A stretch of DNA of 61,522 nucleotides, the filler included, from Choristocarpus tenellus KU-1152 (lineage: Eukaryota > Protista > Phaeophyceae): the NCBI GenBank assembly GCA_964200185.2. It is 14 parts of 14 records of this genome, joined end to end, with 100 filler letters (N's around TTAATTAATTAA, not from the genome) between each part and the next. Parts side by side here need not be neighbours in the genome. Positions count along the whole stretch, not along the records: positions 24,606 to 30,720 come from CAXNAD020008901.1; positions 30,821 to 35,072 come from CAXNAD020015475.1; positions 35,173 to 38,894 come from CAXNAD020018301.1; positions 38,995 to 41,857 come from CAXNAD020024119.1; 10 more parts are not named here. One strand, 5' to 3'. The notes beneath the pieces are model-generated. The model was not told the DNA's origin. It did no database searches and saw nothing but the letters and a program-made list of their open reading frames with translations. Made by a program: the position numbers and the translations under genes. Positions 26,446-39,520 of this stretch are shown here, piece after piece (position 1 is the stretch's first letter; each line of letters opens with the position of its first letter).

Positions 26446-27426
26446 AATCCACCCCACCATTCAACCTCACTCATCCCCAAAACACTTTCCACCACTTTCC
26501 AATCCACCACACCATTCAACCCCCCTCAACCCCACTTTCCACTTTTACCACATCATTCAACACCACTCAACCCCATGGTATTTTTCACCAATTTCCGCTC
26601 GACCGCATCATTCAAACACCGTTCAACACCACAACATCTTCTACCACTTTCAACTCCACCACACCATTCAACACCTCTCAACGCCACTCCACAATAATCC
26701 AAGAGCGTACTGTTTGGTGATCGGCAGCAGGCGCTATATGTACTCCTCTTAGTGTTGCTGTTTTTCTGCCCTCAACGCTACATGTGAATGCGAACCTTCA
26801 TCAACCTCGGAGATCTTAGTCTGCTTGATATTCATAGTTTAGTGGCGTGCAGGATCATGGATAAAAATGTCTGACCCCTTCAGCACAAGCAACCAAAGCA
26901 CGTGTTCACTCGTAATCATTATCCCTAGAATTCTCTGTTTCGCAGTGTTATCAATAAACAGCTATATTTCAAAGAAAACACACTGGGAACTTGTTTGACC
27001 TGGTAAATATCCCAATTCCTTGATTTGAAAGAGATTATCATATCCAACAAACCACCAACATACTCACATGGCCAGCATTGTAGAATCCTGCTAAAATACA
27101 ACTGTCATGGATGGGAAATGGAAGCATCTATCACCCAAAAAGAAAGGTGGTGCTAGGGTTGGTGTGAAGGTCACTACTTACTCAGGGCCAACTGACAGAA
27201 ATTCGCACACTCATAGGTCAGCATCGGAACATACAATACTATCTACCGCATACTTCAAAGTAGCAAATAATGCTGTTGCCGTAAGGATGTGTAGATACTA
27301 TTGGTTCACACTACTCCTAAGTTTGAATTTTCAGTTGTGTGCCTACCGTGTTGAGGGGGGATATTGAAACGTCCTGTACGGAGTAGTAGGTGGGTCTGGA
27401 GGTTTTTCGTGAAAAGATCCACATAC

Positions 27427-28949
27427 CATTCTCCTCTTCATCCACTCTTGCCCAGATATCTCCTACTTGACAGTTGGGGGTGCTAGTAGAGATTGAGTAC
27501 GTCTCCCGAGCTTCCTAAGGTTGCCTTATCTACATACTTCCCCTTGCAGTCCCCTGAAGGCAGCAAAAACAGTAATACTGGCCATGTTAGTTTGTTGATA
27601 GGGTACCAATGTGCCTTCACAGGGTAGACGGCTCGCAGCAATGGTATCATTCCTCTCACCTAGATAGATGGGCCTCCATTTGCACACTAATGAAAATTCC
27701 CTCCTCTCCTGATTGTTATTGTCCCTTGTACAAAAACGAGATGCATTTGAAACGTCAGTACAGGGTATCATTTTGGAGTTGGTACAAATAAATAGTACTA
27801 CACAATAGTGTTACTCACACTCGAGTACTACTGTCAACAATGAACCACACTTCAAAGTAAGAATGGACAAGATGAGCTTGTAGGTTATGTGTAGCAGTGA
27901 TTGGTGTAAGTATGGTTAATAGATACTGTGTCCCCTGACCCTCAATCTCATCGTGACATTCATCCTGGTCAAACAGCAGGTCTTTGGATAGGCTGACATT
28001 ATTGAATTTCTAGAAAACCTTGACTCCAATTCACTGAGCAGAAGTAACTCTTGTGTCGGTGTAACAAGGGCACCAACACCATAGTGTATGCACACCTTCT
28101 ACTTCATGTCTGCATCTACATTTTTTTTTATTTTTCTGTGCAATGTATGGAGTGTTTACAGAAAGCTATTGCTCTTAGCCCAGTAGAAAGTACAGATTAC
28201 TACATGAGCAAACAAAGCAGTTCCAACTAGCTGTTGCCACTAAGCTATTGTGTCAAGAGCTCAAACAGAGCTATCAAAAGTAAATAGGTGCGATAGCTGC
28301 ATTTTACTCTGTCATCCCTACATGACTATTCAAATGTTCAAGTCCCAGCATACCTGCGTCTAGAATATCTAACCAGACGACTTGAGCAAGTCCACTCCAC
28401 TATGTTGCAAGCTGCAGAATAAACACAATAAGAGGATTGGGGTGGTATCCAGACAAGGTATGTGTGGTTCTGCAGAAACATTGTGTGATATCGATTGGAA
28501 GCGAGGCCACAAGCATCTGTTACTTTCTGTTGCAGACTGCTTGTGCTTTATTCTCTTGGGAGTTTTGGTAGGGCAGTCAAGAGAATCAAACCAGAGGATT
28601 CTTCACCAACGTGTTCTGTATCCTCACACACCATGTTAATCATGTCCTCTCCCATCTCCTGTATCACTGTTCTCTGCAAAAAACACGATGTGGAAGTGGG
28701 TGCATCCACAACTGAACACAAGCTTCTAGCAGTTCAAAGACATGAATGCAAAAGTAAAAGACCCCCCATGCGGCAGTGCAACCTTTGCCTGGAAGACTAG
28801 ATTAGAGGAGTGTGCTCAAACTAGATGAGTTGCATATACCCAGTGGGGATTGCACAACATGCAGCGGAGAAAGCAGTGCAATGAGCAGTGGACGGTGGCT
28901 TGGTGAAAATCGCAGGTTACTGCAACTTCCAGGTGTGAGTGGTCCACAC
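27427..28949 (-). CDS. Possible small-exon gene of unknown function, partial
   Basis: Four AG/GT-bounded, phase-compatible exons (28949-28840, 28411-28354, 27553-27538, 27462-27427). No recognised domain. Confidence 0.3.
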
Positions 28950-31900
28950 CTGCAGGTAGAATTGTATGGCCAGAAGTTCGATACTGGTTGTAATTGTGCA
29001 GTGAAGGGTCGGGCATTCTACTACAGAAGAATCGGGCCAAGTGTATCTGTTGTGGATGGAGCAGATGTCGAAACTGGGTTTAAGCAGGTATATAATTCAA
29101 TGTAAGGAGGAAAAGCGCTGTACTACTGTATGGTGGATGTATATGGAGGAGATGAGCAACAAGTGCTTAAGGGTTCTTGAGATGAAGGAGCCTTCAAAAA
29201 AGCTTGAGATTAATTGATGTAGATGCAGCTGTTGTGGAGTGGGGTCGATGATTCTCAGAGTATGAGGCACAGATAGTGGTGAGCAAAGGATAGATACGAG
29301 CCTTGCTTGCAGTGTGAGGTTGCATGTGTAAGTACTGCAGTAACAGCAAAGGTTACGCATTTGTAATCAGTACAACTATTAAATTGACTACATCGGGATC
29401 CTTCCAGTACCCGTACACAAGGGCTCTACCTGTTTTGTGTCCTCTGGACTACAAATTGCTTCTGTGCTACTGAATAAACACTTCAGCACAGCACTTACAC
29501 AGCTTGAACTCCAAGTTATATTACACGTAGTAGAGGCATACTATTGCACCCAGGGGATACCCACACTATCGTAACTCTGAACATTAAGTTGAGCCATGGT
29601 ACAGGTAGGTGGTGTTCTTCTATCACAAACTACCATTATTACTAATAGGGATAGGGCTCAAGTCAACATATTGAACTGCTTGTTGAGATTTCTCCAAATG
29701 GAGTGGTAACAAAAGGTATTGACAACGACAGTGTGATTCTTCTCGAGCAAAGTGCACAGAGTGTGATGTGACATGCGTAGGCATGTGTGTCAGCCTAGTA
29801 CTCCAGAGTAATGTGTTTTGGGTTGGGGTTGATGAGATATATCATGGATGGATAAGACGAGTCCTTCTTACCCACCAATTGCACTCCCTTTTCAAGGGTG
29901 TTTGGGTAAGGTGACCGTTAACACAATTACTGAGATATTGGGGGTTTATCCAGGATCCATCAGATCACCTTGATAGGACAAGATGGGCACTCCCATCTGA
30001 CAAATGTGTGTCCAACCAAATAATGACCAACATCGAGGCTGTCAGACAGACACACCAGCAGACTGTCTATTCAGTACATAAACCCATGAAACCCTAGGTT
30101 GTAGTGGACAAACCCCACTATACAATGCTCTTGTATAAAACATTGTTTTTGCTCAAGCTTCACTCTCAAAAGAAGGGGGCAGGGGTTTCAACCATCCTAG
30201 TCTGGAGTACATACCTGCTCACAACCTTCTACGGTACTTCAGGAAGTATGTATAATGCACGCCAAAGCGCTACACATGTAGATCATCGCCTTTTTGTAAC
30301 CACATACCTACTCTGACGATCAGGATCCTTCACCCTCCCCCAAAATACACAGCCCTTCCTCTAACTTCCCCTGTACTCCACTTGAGGTAGCATCAAATCA
30401 ACATTTACCATTGTGTTGCACTTGAAGCAGTGTATCACTCCTCAGGAGAGGTGCTTCCAGGAGGAAGTAACAATGGTTTCACCCGTAGGATCTTCATTTC
30501 TTGCAAAGGCCTATCCTGGCTGTCCACAGCAACCATACCCATTCTTCGTATCACCTAAATAAGTGTGAGGGCAGTACAGACAAGAGTGATTTCACAAAAG
30601 GACGAAAACACAAGCGGGTGGTCGTATCTTTCGTCAGACAACCTCCCCCCCCCCCTTCACTAGAATGTTCGACCTAGAGTGATTATATTTCACAATAGCA
30701 AAAAAAAAAAGACGAAAGAANNNNNNNNNNNNNNNNNNNNNNNNNNNNNNNNNNNNNNNNNNNNTTAATTAATTAANNNNNNNNNNNNNNNNNNNNNNNN
30801 NNNNNNNNNNNNNNNNNNNNCCCGCCCAAGATACTTTGACCCCCTTGTCTCAATATAACGTGGAATCAAAGTTTTAGGAACAATAGAAAATGGCAAATAG
30901 GTCAGCCTATCTACGTTTCTCCAACCAACTCATTTACACAAACTGCCTTCACAAGGTGACGCTTATTCAGCCAACCCTCCCTGTTTCGGAAAAAATCCTA
31001 TAAATTACGGATTTTGACATATTGCCTCACATTTCCATATTCTTCATCATACACATGATATCACATAAATGGTCCACCACCTTGATCCACATATTATTTG
31101 ACATTCCGTACCTTCGAAAATCTGAAATGCTCAACTTCCCCACGCCCATCAGTTGCCACAAATATGACCAGTTGTGAATGAAATCCTAAACATCGCGAAT
31201 TTGGACACATTGCCTATGTTTTTCGAGTCTTCCTCACACACACACACACCATACCACAAAAAAAGGTTCACCAGGTTATATTGGTCGACATATTCATTGC
31301 CAGTCCATGCTCTCGAATGTTTCAAATTGTAGCTCTCTCTGTCCATTGATCTATTCCCCACAAAATGGCAGTTTTTAAAAAACCGAAACATAATGCATTT
31401 TAACACATTGTGTATATTTTCAAACTCTCCATAATACACATCGTGTAAGAAAGGGGGAAGTTTGTGAAGTAATCTGAGTTTTGCGTGCGGGAGAATTCAA
31501 GTAGTAGGAATGACGTACGAGGAAGGAAGGGTTGATTAGGGTAAAAAGAAGAATATCAAACGAGTGGACAAAGAAGAAGTTAAGTACTGAGTGGGGGGCT
31601 CGGTCTTTAGACTAGCGGGAAATGGGGGTCAGAGATAGAGTTGTAGGGTAAAGTGAGGATGGAGCCAAGTCTGATGGTGAAGTGTGGGATTTAGAGGATG
31701 AAAGAAAGGGTTTGGCTGTTGATGATATGAAAAAGTTTGTAAGAGGGAGGAAATCTGCGGTAGAAGAGATCAGGGCACATGAGAACACGTTTCAAACTAA
31801 CCAAATTCTCGTTCCCAAAAGAAAAGGACAGGAGCAATCCTTGGACAAGGAAAGGGCAGTTCAGAAGTTGGGGAGAGCTGAAGGAAGGAAGAAAGCATGC

Positions 31901-32431
31901 GAAAGGATCAGAGGCATCCATGCATGATAAGTACTGGAAAGGGGCCGGGAAGAAGGAGAATGCTAGAGAGAATTTCAAAGCGTCTAGTTGACTATTGTTG
32001 GAAGTGAGAGGTATACACAAATATTGTTAAGAAATTGGTGTTCCCAAGACTTGTGTATGTAAATAACTCGATTAATTCCATTATGCAGAACAGGTTGTAC
32101 ATGAAGTAAGGTGTAAGGAAAGAGAGAGAGTGAACTTCAAAGCTCAAAGGGGGTCATCACCTTACGATTCACATATTCTAATAACACGTCACTCAATCCA
32201 TGATTACTTGCTATGTTACTTGCTACAACATTCCTTTTCTAGGATTCTTCTTGTTGTACTATAATAACCCGGACAATATTTCCGTTGTCACCTGACAAAA
32301 ACATTACTATCAATTATCCTGTAATCCAACAATAGTTCAACAACTCAATGTTTCTCCCACAGAATCATATTTTACACATGAATAAAAGGCATCATATTCT
32401 TAACAAATACTGCTGTGATACCGGCCAACAA

Positions 32432-32961
32432 TCCAAACTTCTCCAACTCCCATACTCAAGAGGGGACTTTGGAGGAGTGGATCGAGCGTGGTACATACAA
32501 AAGTACTCCAAGTACTTGAGTAGTGGTATAGAGCCCAGTAGAGAGGAGGGGCAAGCGAAGAAAGTCCAAACTTCTCAAACTCCTATATACTCAAGAGGGG
32601 GCTTGGGAGGAGTGAGTCGAACGTGGTACATGAAAAGCACTTGAGAGTCAAAGTATCTTAGAGGGTAGAGCCACGTCAATTTGGGGACCAAAATCCAATT
32701 CTTCCATTTTGATGTAATGTTGACAATCGTATTTGTTAGGAAGTGCCAATATTCTTGTTCCAGACATATACATGATACCTAATCCAAAATTTACAAATCT
32801 TACCTATTCCGAGACATTTCGGAATGCGAAAATGTCATGAAAAAAACCTTGGGAAGCCAAGCCCGAAACGGACAAACAGGGCAAAACTCGTACCCTTTAA
32901 GATACTTTCACTCTGAGTAGTGGTATGGAACCCAGTAGTCAGGATGGGCAAGCGAAGATAG
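32432..32961 (+). repeat. ~130-bp tandem duplication, second unit interrupted by a MITE
   Basis: tccaaacttctc..actcaagagggg..cgtggtacat..cttgagtagtggtat..cccagtag..gggcaagcgaag occurs twice. Confidence 0.85.
32645..32913 (+). mobile_element. MITE family A, complete, TSD TGA
   Basis: tga|gagtcaaagtatcttagagggta...taccctttaagatactttcactc|tga. Confidence 0.93.
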
Positions 32962-33691
32962 GGTAAGCTGTATGCAATCCCAGTTGGAGAGGGCAGACAA
33001 CTGAGAGTTGGTAGAGAGGGTCACAGGACTAACAGCAGGTAGGGTTAAGGTTTTGGACTCCAACTTTTCAACAAATAATTTATTGACTTTCGTCAGCTAA
33101 CACACTTCCAGAAATTCTTTCACCCATGCCAGAAGCGTGAGAAGGAATCATGCAGAGGTTGGGAATCAGCTTTGGATGGTGGAATAGCAAGAGAACTCAA
33201 TATGAGACTATTGGTGTATGGGTGATACTCAGGGATGGTGGGAAGTGGAAGGCGATTATGTGAGGCCAAGCAACAGGTTTCCTGAAAGGGTTAGCCAAGG
33301 AGCTCAAGTGGAGACCAAACGAATATGCCCTACACTTGGGCAGGATAGGGAAGCCACAAAAAGGCAACAATAATGGGGGCATTGGAAATAATTATACAGA
33401 GGAAGGGGAGGTGGAAGTAGGAGGCGTTAATGGTATATGTTAGGGCCAACCAGAGAGACCCAGTGAGGACTTTTCGTAGTGTCTGGCAGAGGGTAAGAAG
33501 GATTGGGTGCAGCATGGGGTAGGGGGGAAAGGTATGAACTAGAATGGATGTCAATCCCGACGGTGGGGAGGTCAAGTTCAGGCTAGGTAGATTTCTTCTA
33601 CTTCAAAGGCATGGTATTGAAGTGGATGATGAAGGGATGTTCTTGGATGATTATTGAGTGGTGTTGAGCGGTGTTGAATGGTGTGTACTGG

Positions 33692-33830
33692 GGGAAAAAG
33701 TACCTTAGGTGGGGTGTCGGCGTCCGTTTTCACTCTCTTTCGAGTTTTCCCTTTTTGGTGTGATTTGGTCGCACGTGTCGGATTTGAGATGTCAGCAAAA
33801 AAAGACTGTTGGTTAGGTTCGTTTCTGTCC
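33692..33830 (-). mobile_element. Degenerate MITE family C copy
   Basis: ggggtgtcggcgtccgttttcac..gtgtgatttggtcgcacgtgtcggatttgagatgtcagcaaaaa is the reverse complement of 38700-38810. Confidence 0.75.
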
Positions 33831-34244
33831 TTGCGTAGTAGGTATAACGGGGATGTATGCCACCATTTGATAATCGGGTTTTGATTGGGGGAGGAGTTTG
33901 TACGTTTGCATGTGTCAGATGTCGAGCCTGTTTGAATAGGTCTATTGTTTTTTGTGTGTTGGTTGCGCAGTTATATGATGATGAAGAAGAGGTGTACTTG
34001 GGAGGCAGTTTCATTTTTTTTTTGCGTACGACTGGGATTTGGTTTGCACCCAAAGAGGGTTGCCAGTTAGGGTGTGTTTCTCTTTTGTTTACGAGGAATA
34101 CAAAAAAATGATTTTGTCTGCTCCGGGGTTGCTCTGTTCGTTGGTTTGTTTGCATTGGTTGTTTATGAAACGATCATATAGAGGATTGTTAGTTTGGGTG
34201 TGTTCTCTCCATGTGGGCACGACGAACCAAAACATACGGATATA

Positions 34245-34495
34245 AAGTGTCTGAGGGGATTAAAAAATGTCTAAATGGGGACCAAGCACCAGAATTTTGA
34301 TTTTGGTGTATATCTGGCTATCGTGTATGTTAGCAAGTGTCAGTATCGTTCTTCTGGACGCATTTTTTTCATAACGTATGTATGTTCCTAGTTAAGAACG
34401 TTTCAGAGAAGGTAAATGTCATAAGAAAGACATTGGAAGTCAAGCACTAAAGGGACAAGCAGGGCAAATTCGTGCTTTTTAAGACATCTTCACAC
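34245..34495 (+). mobile_element. Old, diverged MITE family A copy
   Basis: Colinear remnants: aaagtgtct..ggggacc..tggctatcgtgtatgttag..ttttcataacg..aaatgtcataa..agggcaaattcgt..taagacat. Confidence 0.65.
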
Positions 34496-35172
34496 TGTTT
34501 GTTGCACCGTTAAGTCTATGACTTCTATTTGTTTGTGTGCGTGTGTTGGATGTTGTATGCAGTAAGACATGGTTGTTGTCGCTGACGGTGTTAGGGTTGA
34601 AGTTGTTGGTACGAGGCACGGCAAAATGTGTTGACGGAATACTTAGTGTGTACGAGTGCTTATTGGTCAAATAATGGTTTGTCGTACGCTCTGAGGAAAG
34701 TAGTTTGAGGTACACTTCTTCCACAGGTTCTGGACTGGTGCTGTGGTTAGGGCATCGTGGGTGAATTTAGGCATATGATTCCCTACGATTCGAATGACTA
34801 CACTTGATAGAAACTAGTTCATCGACGGTTGGGCAAAGAAAGAGGTGGTGCATACAGTATTGAAAAGAATAGGGGGAGGGTGCGTGATCGTGTACAACGA
34901 ATAAACAATGGCTCACAGAAGGACAGGGTATTCATCGCTGCCCTTGGCGAAAATCATTTGGGAGGGCTAGCCGGGCGGATGGACAAGAGTTGTTTGATCG
35001 ATGTATTATATTTTAGGGATGTAACATTGCAGCAGACATGCTTTTTAAAACAAATGATAAGGCAGGTCTGATNNNNNNNNNNNNNNNNNNNNNNNNNNNN
35101 NNNNNNNNNNNNNNNNTTAATTAATTAANNNNNNNNNNNNNNNNNNNNNNNNNNNNNNNNNNNNNNNNNNNN

Positions 35173-35314
35173 GGGGCGTCCGTTTCGGTTAGACAACATA
35201 TTTTTTTGCTGACATTTCAAATCCGACGCGTGCGACCAAATCACACCAAAAAAGAGAAAATCGAAAAAAGGGTGAAAAACGGACGCCGGCACCCCCCCGC
35301 AGATACGTTGACCC
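35173..35314 (+). mobile_element. MITE family C, 3' part
   Basis: ggggcgtccgtttcgg...aaaaacggacgcc...cagatacgttgaccc. Confidence 0.85.
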
Positions 35315-35329
35315 AAGGAACAGCATTAG

Positions 35330-36282
35330 CATCAATTGTAGAATTGGTTTCAACACGATTCATATGGACGAAGCATAGTTCTACCTCATCCGGGATGGGG
35401 ACCACGTCGGCATGTTCCGTGGAGGAAAGATCGGGCTCCACCAAGGTACACCAAAAGAATCACATTCCTAAAGTGATATTATTTGCGCTATTTCGCACCT
35501 AGATCCTTCCCACGGTTTCGACGGCAAGATTGGAATCTGGCATTTTTGGGTCGTCAAGGAGGCGCAGAGAAATTTGACCCGCCGCGAGATGGGGCAGCAG
35601 TACGACTTCGATGTGACCACCGATGCCGAGTCGCACACTGGGAATGGTATGTGGAGACTTTTCTCCCGACATTGAAGAAAAACATGCCGTTGTTGGAGGG
35701 TGAGGAGTTGGTCCTACACCAGGACGGAGTGAACCCCCATACAGGAAAAGACATGTCACGGAAGCCTGACGAATGAAGCTGGGAGGAGGAGAGGTGAAAT
35801 GTCCAACTCGTAACACAGCCTGTGCAGCCAACTGATATCAATATCAACGGTTAGGGTTTTTTTTTGTATCCTATAAAATAGAGTTTGGATGGAGCGTCAC
35901 GGCACGATAGACAACCTTGTGAAGGGGATAAAGAGGATGTACAACGCGTACGACGCAGCTACTTTTGAGAGGGCGTGGCAGAGCCTCTATAAGTAGCACA
36001 ATCAAGTTTTGAAGGCGCTAGGTGGTAACAATTTCGAGGTGCAGTACACCGGAACTAAGAAAATCAGCGTGAGGGAAGTCTGCCAAAATCGATCAGAATC
36101 GCCAGAGGGACTTTCGACGCTGCGGTGGATTGGTGGATTGGCGGATTGATGGGTACGAGGAAAGCGACGAAGAATGATTTTCACGTAAAAAACATAAGGA
36201 ATCCACCCTAAAAAACCGTTTTTTCATTGGTCATCTCGAGAAGTTGTAACCTTAAGGTCGCAGACTTACGAGATAGAGGGAG
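35330..36282 (+). pseudogene. Frameshifted plant-type mariner transposase with 3' TIR
   Basis: Motifs HIPKVILFA, VLHQDGVNPH, VTQPVQPTDININ and YDAATFERAWQSL..QVLKALGGNNFEV. Terminus gagggag|TA at 36276-36284. Confidence 0.75.
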
Positions 36283-38304
36283 TATATCCAAAACAAGAAT
36301 GCTTTCCATGGGGGAGGACTGGGGTGCCAAACAGCCTTGCAGCAGACATGAGGTTAATTACGTACATATCAAATGCTTCGCGTTTTTACGACAGTTGAAG
36401 GTTCAGCCGTGATAGAGTGGGGGAAGGAAGAGAGAACTTTCAGGACTGGGCGGCCTGTTCTCAGGACTAGCTCGGCGATTCTATATCTCTCTCTGAGACG
36501 TACATGGCATTAACCTATTCAACATTTGTAATGTTGGAGGGGGTTAAGCGAGGCCACTGGTAGGTTTGTGTACGACCTACACTTGCTGCTGAGAGAAACA
36601 TTTTACTCCATGTTAGCGCACAGTGGTAGTACTACTGTATAGTGAGTCATCGTCGACCATGTAAGATAAACCCACTGCACTGCTAATCGTCCTGCAAGTC
36701 GTCATGTGACTGTACCAATCAACCTGTAGCACTTTTTTGGGTTTTTTTTTGCCGGCGAGCCTATATAGTATATCCCTGTCCTCAGCAAGGGATGGTGCAA
36801 CGGCAGTGTCATTTAGATGTTAGCGTTGTATTTAAAACTGATGTGTATGTAAATGTAAGAGGGTGTGTGTATATCAGATACACACACGAAACTAGCCATA
36901 CAGAGTGAACTCCAAAGTCTAAAAAACAATACAACTAGAGAAGTGGAACATTGAAAGGGCTGCATGCAGGAGACGCACCATACGATTTTCTCGCCCCCTG
37001 GCTGTTGACACTGCAGAGACATGATCTACATATTGTTGTTGACTTTCTTTCAAAGGTCAAAGATGATAAAAATTGATAATGTGTTTTAATGCAAGTATAT
37101 TGCCTGATCTTCACCCCTGCCTGCAAACCACCCCGTAGCAATGGAGCAGGGACACCTTGCCTTGCGGTCATTTGAGGGTGTCACATCATAATCGAGCTGC
37201 TTAGTTGTACTGAGGTTTTGCTTTGTGTTCTGGCTGCTGGCAGCACGATGGAGGAGCTCACTGTTGAGGAGGGTCGAGAGGTCCGTGCAAAGGATGGGAG
37301 ATGGGGAGGAGGGGAATTGAGGATTTAGAAGGGATCCTAAGCACATGCTTGGATGGGATATCCTCATACACTGTCCTACTGCTGTTAATGTTCAACAAGA
37401 AAATTGCAGTTCACGTTTGCACTGGATATGCACTCCTCTTTGCTACTAGTGCCAGCTGCTCCTTTAATATCATATTGAACGCCACCATCAGGGCATTGAG
37501 ACTTGGTGTCAAATAGAGTTAGCAAGAAGTATATGCAAGACAATTTGTGATATCTTATTACCCTCTAATCCAAAGTGCATCTTGACTACTTTATCTTCTA
37601 TATGAACTTTCAGAAAGGGTATTTTCAATACTAAAACCCTTTTGGGGGGGACCTTGGGTCATGTTTGATTTCTGTTGTGCACCTTGCATGTGTTATGAGC
37701 TCTAGAATGGCATATCGCAAAGCACTACAAAGTGTTTCAAACTCTAACCAACAATGGCTTGTGCAACATCTTCTCAAGTGCTCAACATGTGGAGGATTTC
37801 TGGTCAGTACTTCTTCCCAGAGAAGCACTCAATGCTTTGATTCCTTGCAGCAGATTGATACTTTATACAAAACATATCCAAAGAGAGCAGTAGCAAGTTG
37901 CACTTTCATCTCCCCCAAAAACGTGACCCCTCACAGACCTCTCCTTCAACCCCGGACTCCAATTCCTCACCCTTAAATGCACTCTTGTCACAACTGAAGG
38001 AGATGTCAGCTATGCTATCCTCGGGTCATTCAAATCCTAAATGTTGCTCCGTACTTTAAGAAGCCTCATGCATACATTACATCCCTGCCCAACTCTAAAA
38101 CCAAGTCCAAAACACTCACCAATAGTAGTATGCTCTTGTTCCAATGCACTCATACCCCCTCCCTGGAACTCAAGCTTTGACGTCAACTCTAGCATTAGTT
38201 CCAACACTCCTCACCCTTACTCACTGCCAGTACATATATATATATATATGTATATGTATATACCTTCTCAAGTCGACTCTGTTGAACCTTGCCCTTGCCG
38301 TCAC

Positions 38305-38464
38305 TTTCCCCAGAACCCTCCTGATGTTCATTAGGGGAAACTCGTCACAGAACCTTTCGCACAGGCGGAGGGAACCGCGATCCATCTCTATCACCACGAG
38401 GGTGTTCCCAGTCACCAGTGGGATAGTTGCTCCGAGGTAGATGTCCTGTGGCGCGTAGAGGCCC
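38305..38464 (-). CDS. Exon resembling the last DM10 domain of EFHC1/RIB72-like ciliary proteins
   Basis: GLYAPQDIYLGATIPLVTGNTLVVIEMDRGSLRLCERFCDEFPLMNIRRVLGK fits the DM10 pattern Y-x2-D-(L/I)Y-G..D..FP. AG/GT borders present. Confidence 0.55.
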
Positions 38465-38636
38465 CTTCTCAAATAGGTACAAAGTTTTTTGGTGGTGCCA
38501 AAATATTTGAGCAGTTGTTGGCTTTCGTCAGACAAGAGTGTTTGGATCTAGGAGTGCCAATCGAGATAGAAGTGCTTGCCGAAGTATGCACAATGCGATC
38601 AAGAGAGAAACAAGACGAGAAGCCTCTTGCGGTTCT

Positions 38637-38840
38637 GGTGCAAAGTATCTGGGGGTGGGGGGTGGGGGTGGGAGGTGGTTTGTGAGGGGGGCGTCCGTTT
38701 CGGTCAAACAACGTTTTATTTTTGCTGACATTTCAAATCCGACGCGTGCGACCAAATCACACAAAAAAAGTGAAAACCGAAAAAAGGGTGAAAAACGGAC
38801 GCCAACACCCCCCCCCCCCCCCCCCCAAACTTTACCCCCC
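38637..38840 (+). mobile_element. MITE family C copy
   Basis: ggtgcaaagtatctggggg..ggcgtccgtttcgg..aaaaacggacgcc followed by a C-tract. Confidence 0.85.
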
Positions 38841-38994
38841 CTCGGCCACCCCCCCAGGGGCTGAGGGGTTTGGGAAAGGGGGGGTGGGGGGGGGNNNNNN
38901 NNNNNNNNNNNNNNNNNNNNNNNNNNNNNNNNNNNNNNTTAATTAATTAANNNNNNNNNNNNNNNNNNNNNNNNNNNNNNNNNNNNNNNNNNNN

Positions 38995-39056
38995 GATTTT
39001 GGTCCAAATGGACACTCTGGTGTAGACCCCCTTCCCCCTCCCGGATACTTTGGATC
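38995..39056 (+). mobile_element. MITE family B, 3' end
   Basis: ggtccaaatggacactctggtgtagacccc..ggatactttggatc. Confidence 0.8.
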
Positions 39057-39247
39057 AATGTAGAGTTGAACTATGGGCTGAGAGGGCAAGTTGTTGTCAC
39101 TGCACCAATATGGTATATCCTTCCATCCTTTCAAAGTGAGAACTGCCTCTCAGAGCAGTGTGAACTCTCGTTTTTTGAAGTGGACATAGGTCCTTAAGCT
39201 GCTGATGCCTTGATTTGCCTTTCTAATACTTCTGAACTTTTTCTCTC

Positions 39248-39520
39248 AAGTCAAATTATCTTAGAGGGTAGAGCCGCGTCCATTTGGGGACCAAAATCCA
39301 ATGTTGNNNNNNNNNNGTTGCAATTTTGATGTAATTTTGGCTATCATATTTGTTAGGAGATGTCAATATCCTTGTTCCGGACACATCTTTTCATAACGCG
39401 TGCATTTTACCTATTCCGAAACTTCTTGGAGTAGGTTAAATGTCCTTAAAAACCCTTGGGAACCCAAGTCCCAAATGGACAAACGGGGAAAAACTTGTAA
39501 CCTCTAAGATACTTTCACTC
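39248..39520 (+). mobile_element. MITE family A copy (contains small N gap)
   Basis: aagtcaaattatcttagagggta...cctctaagatactttcactc. TSD not resolved. Confidence 0.9.

Noticed and set aside
28885-28955. Plus-strand GRWLGENRRLLQLPGV resembling a Sec63 motif
   Set aside because: There are no supporting neighbouring exons or good acceptor, and the minus-strand exon model fits the splice signals better.
35330-36282. Mariner as the autonomous partner of MITE families A-C
   Set aside because: Its CTCCCT termini and TA target are incompatible with G-N4-AAAGTATCT ends and 4-bp TSDs.
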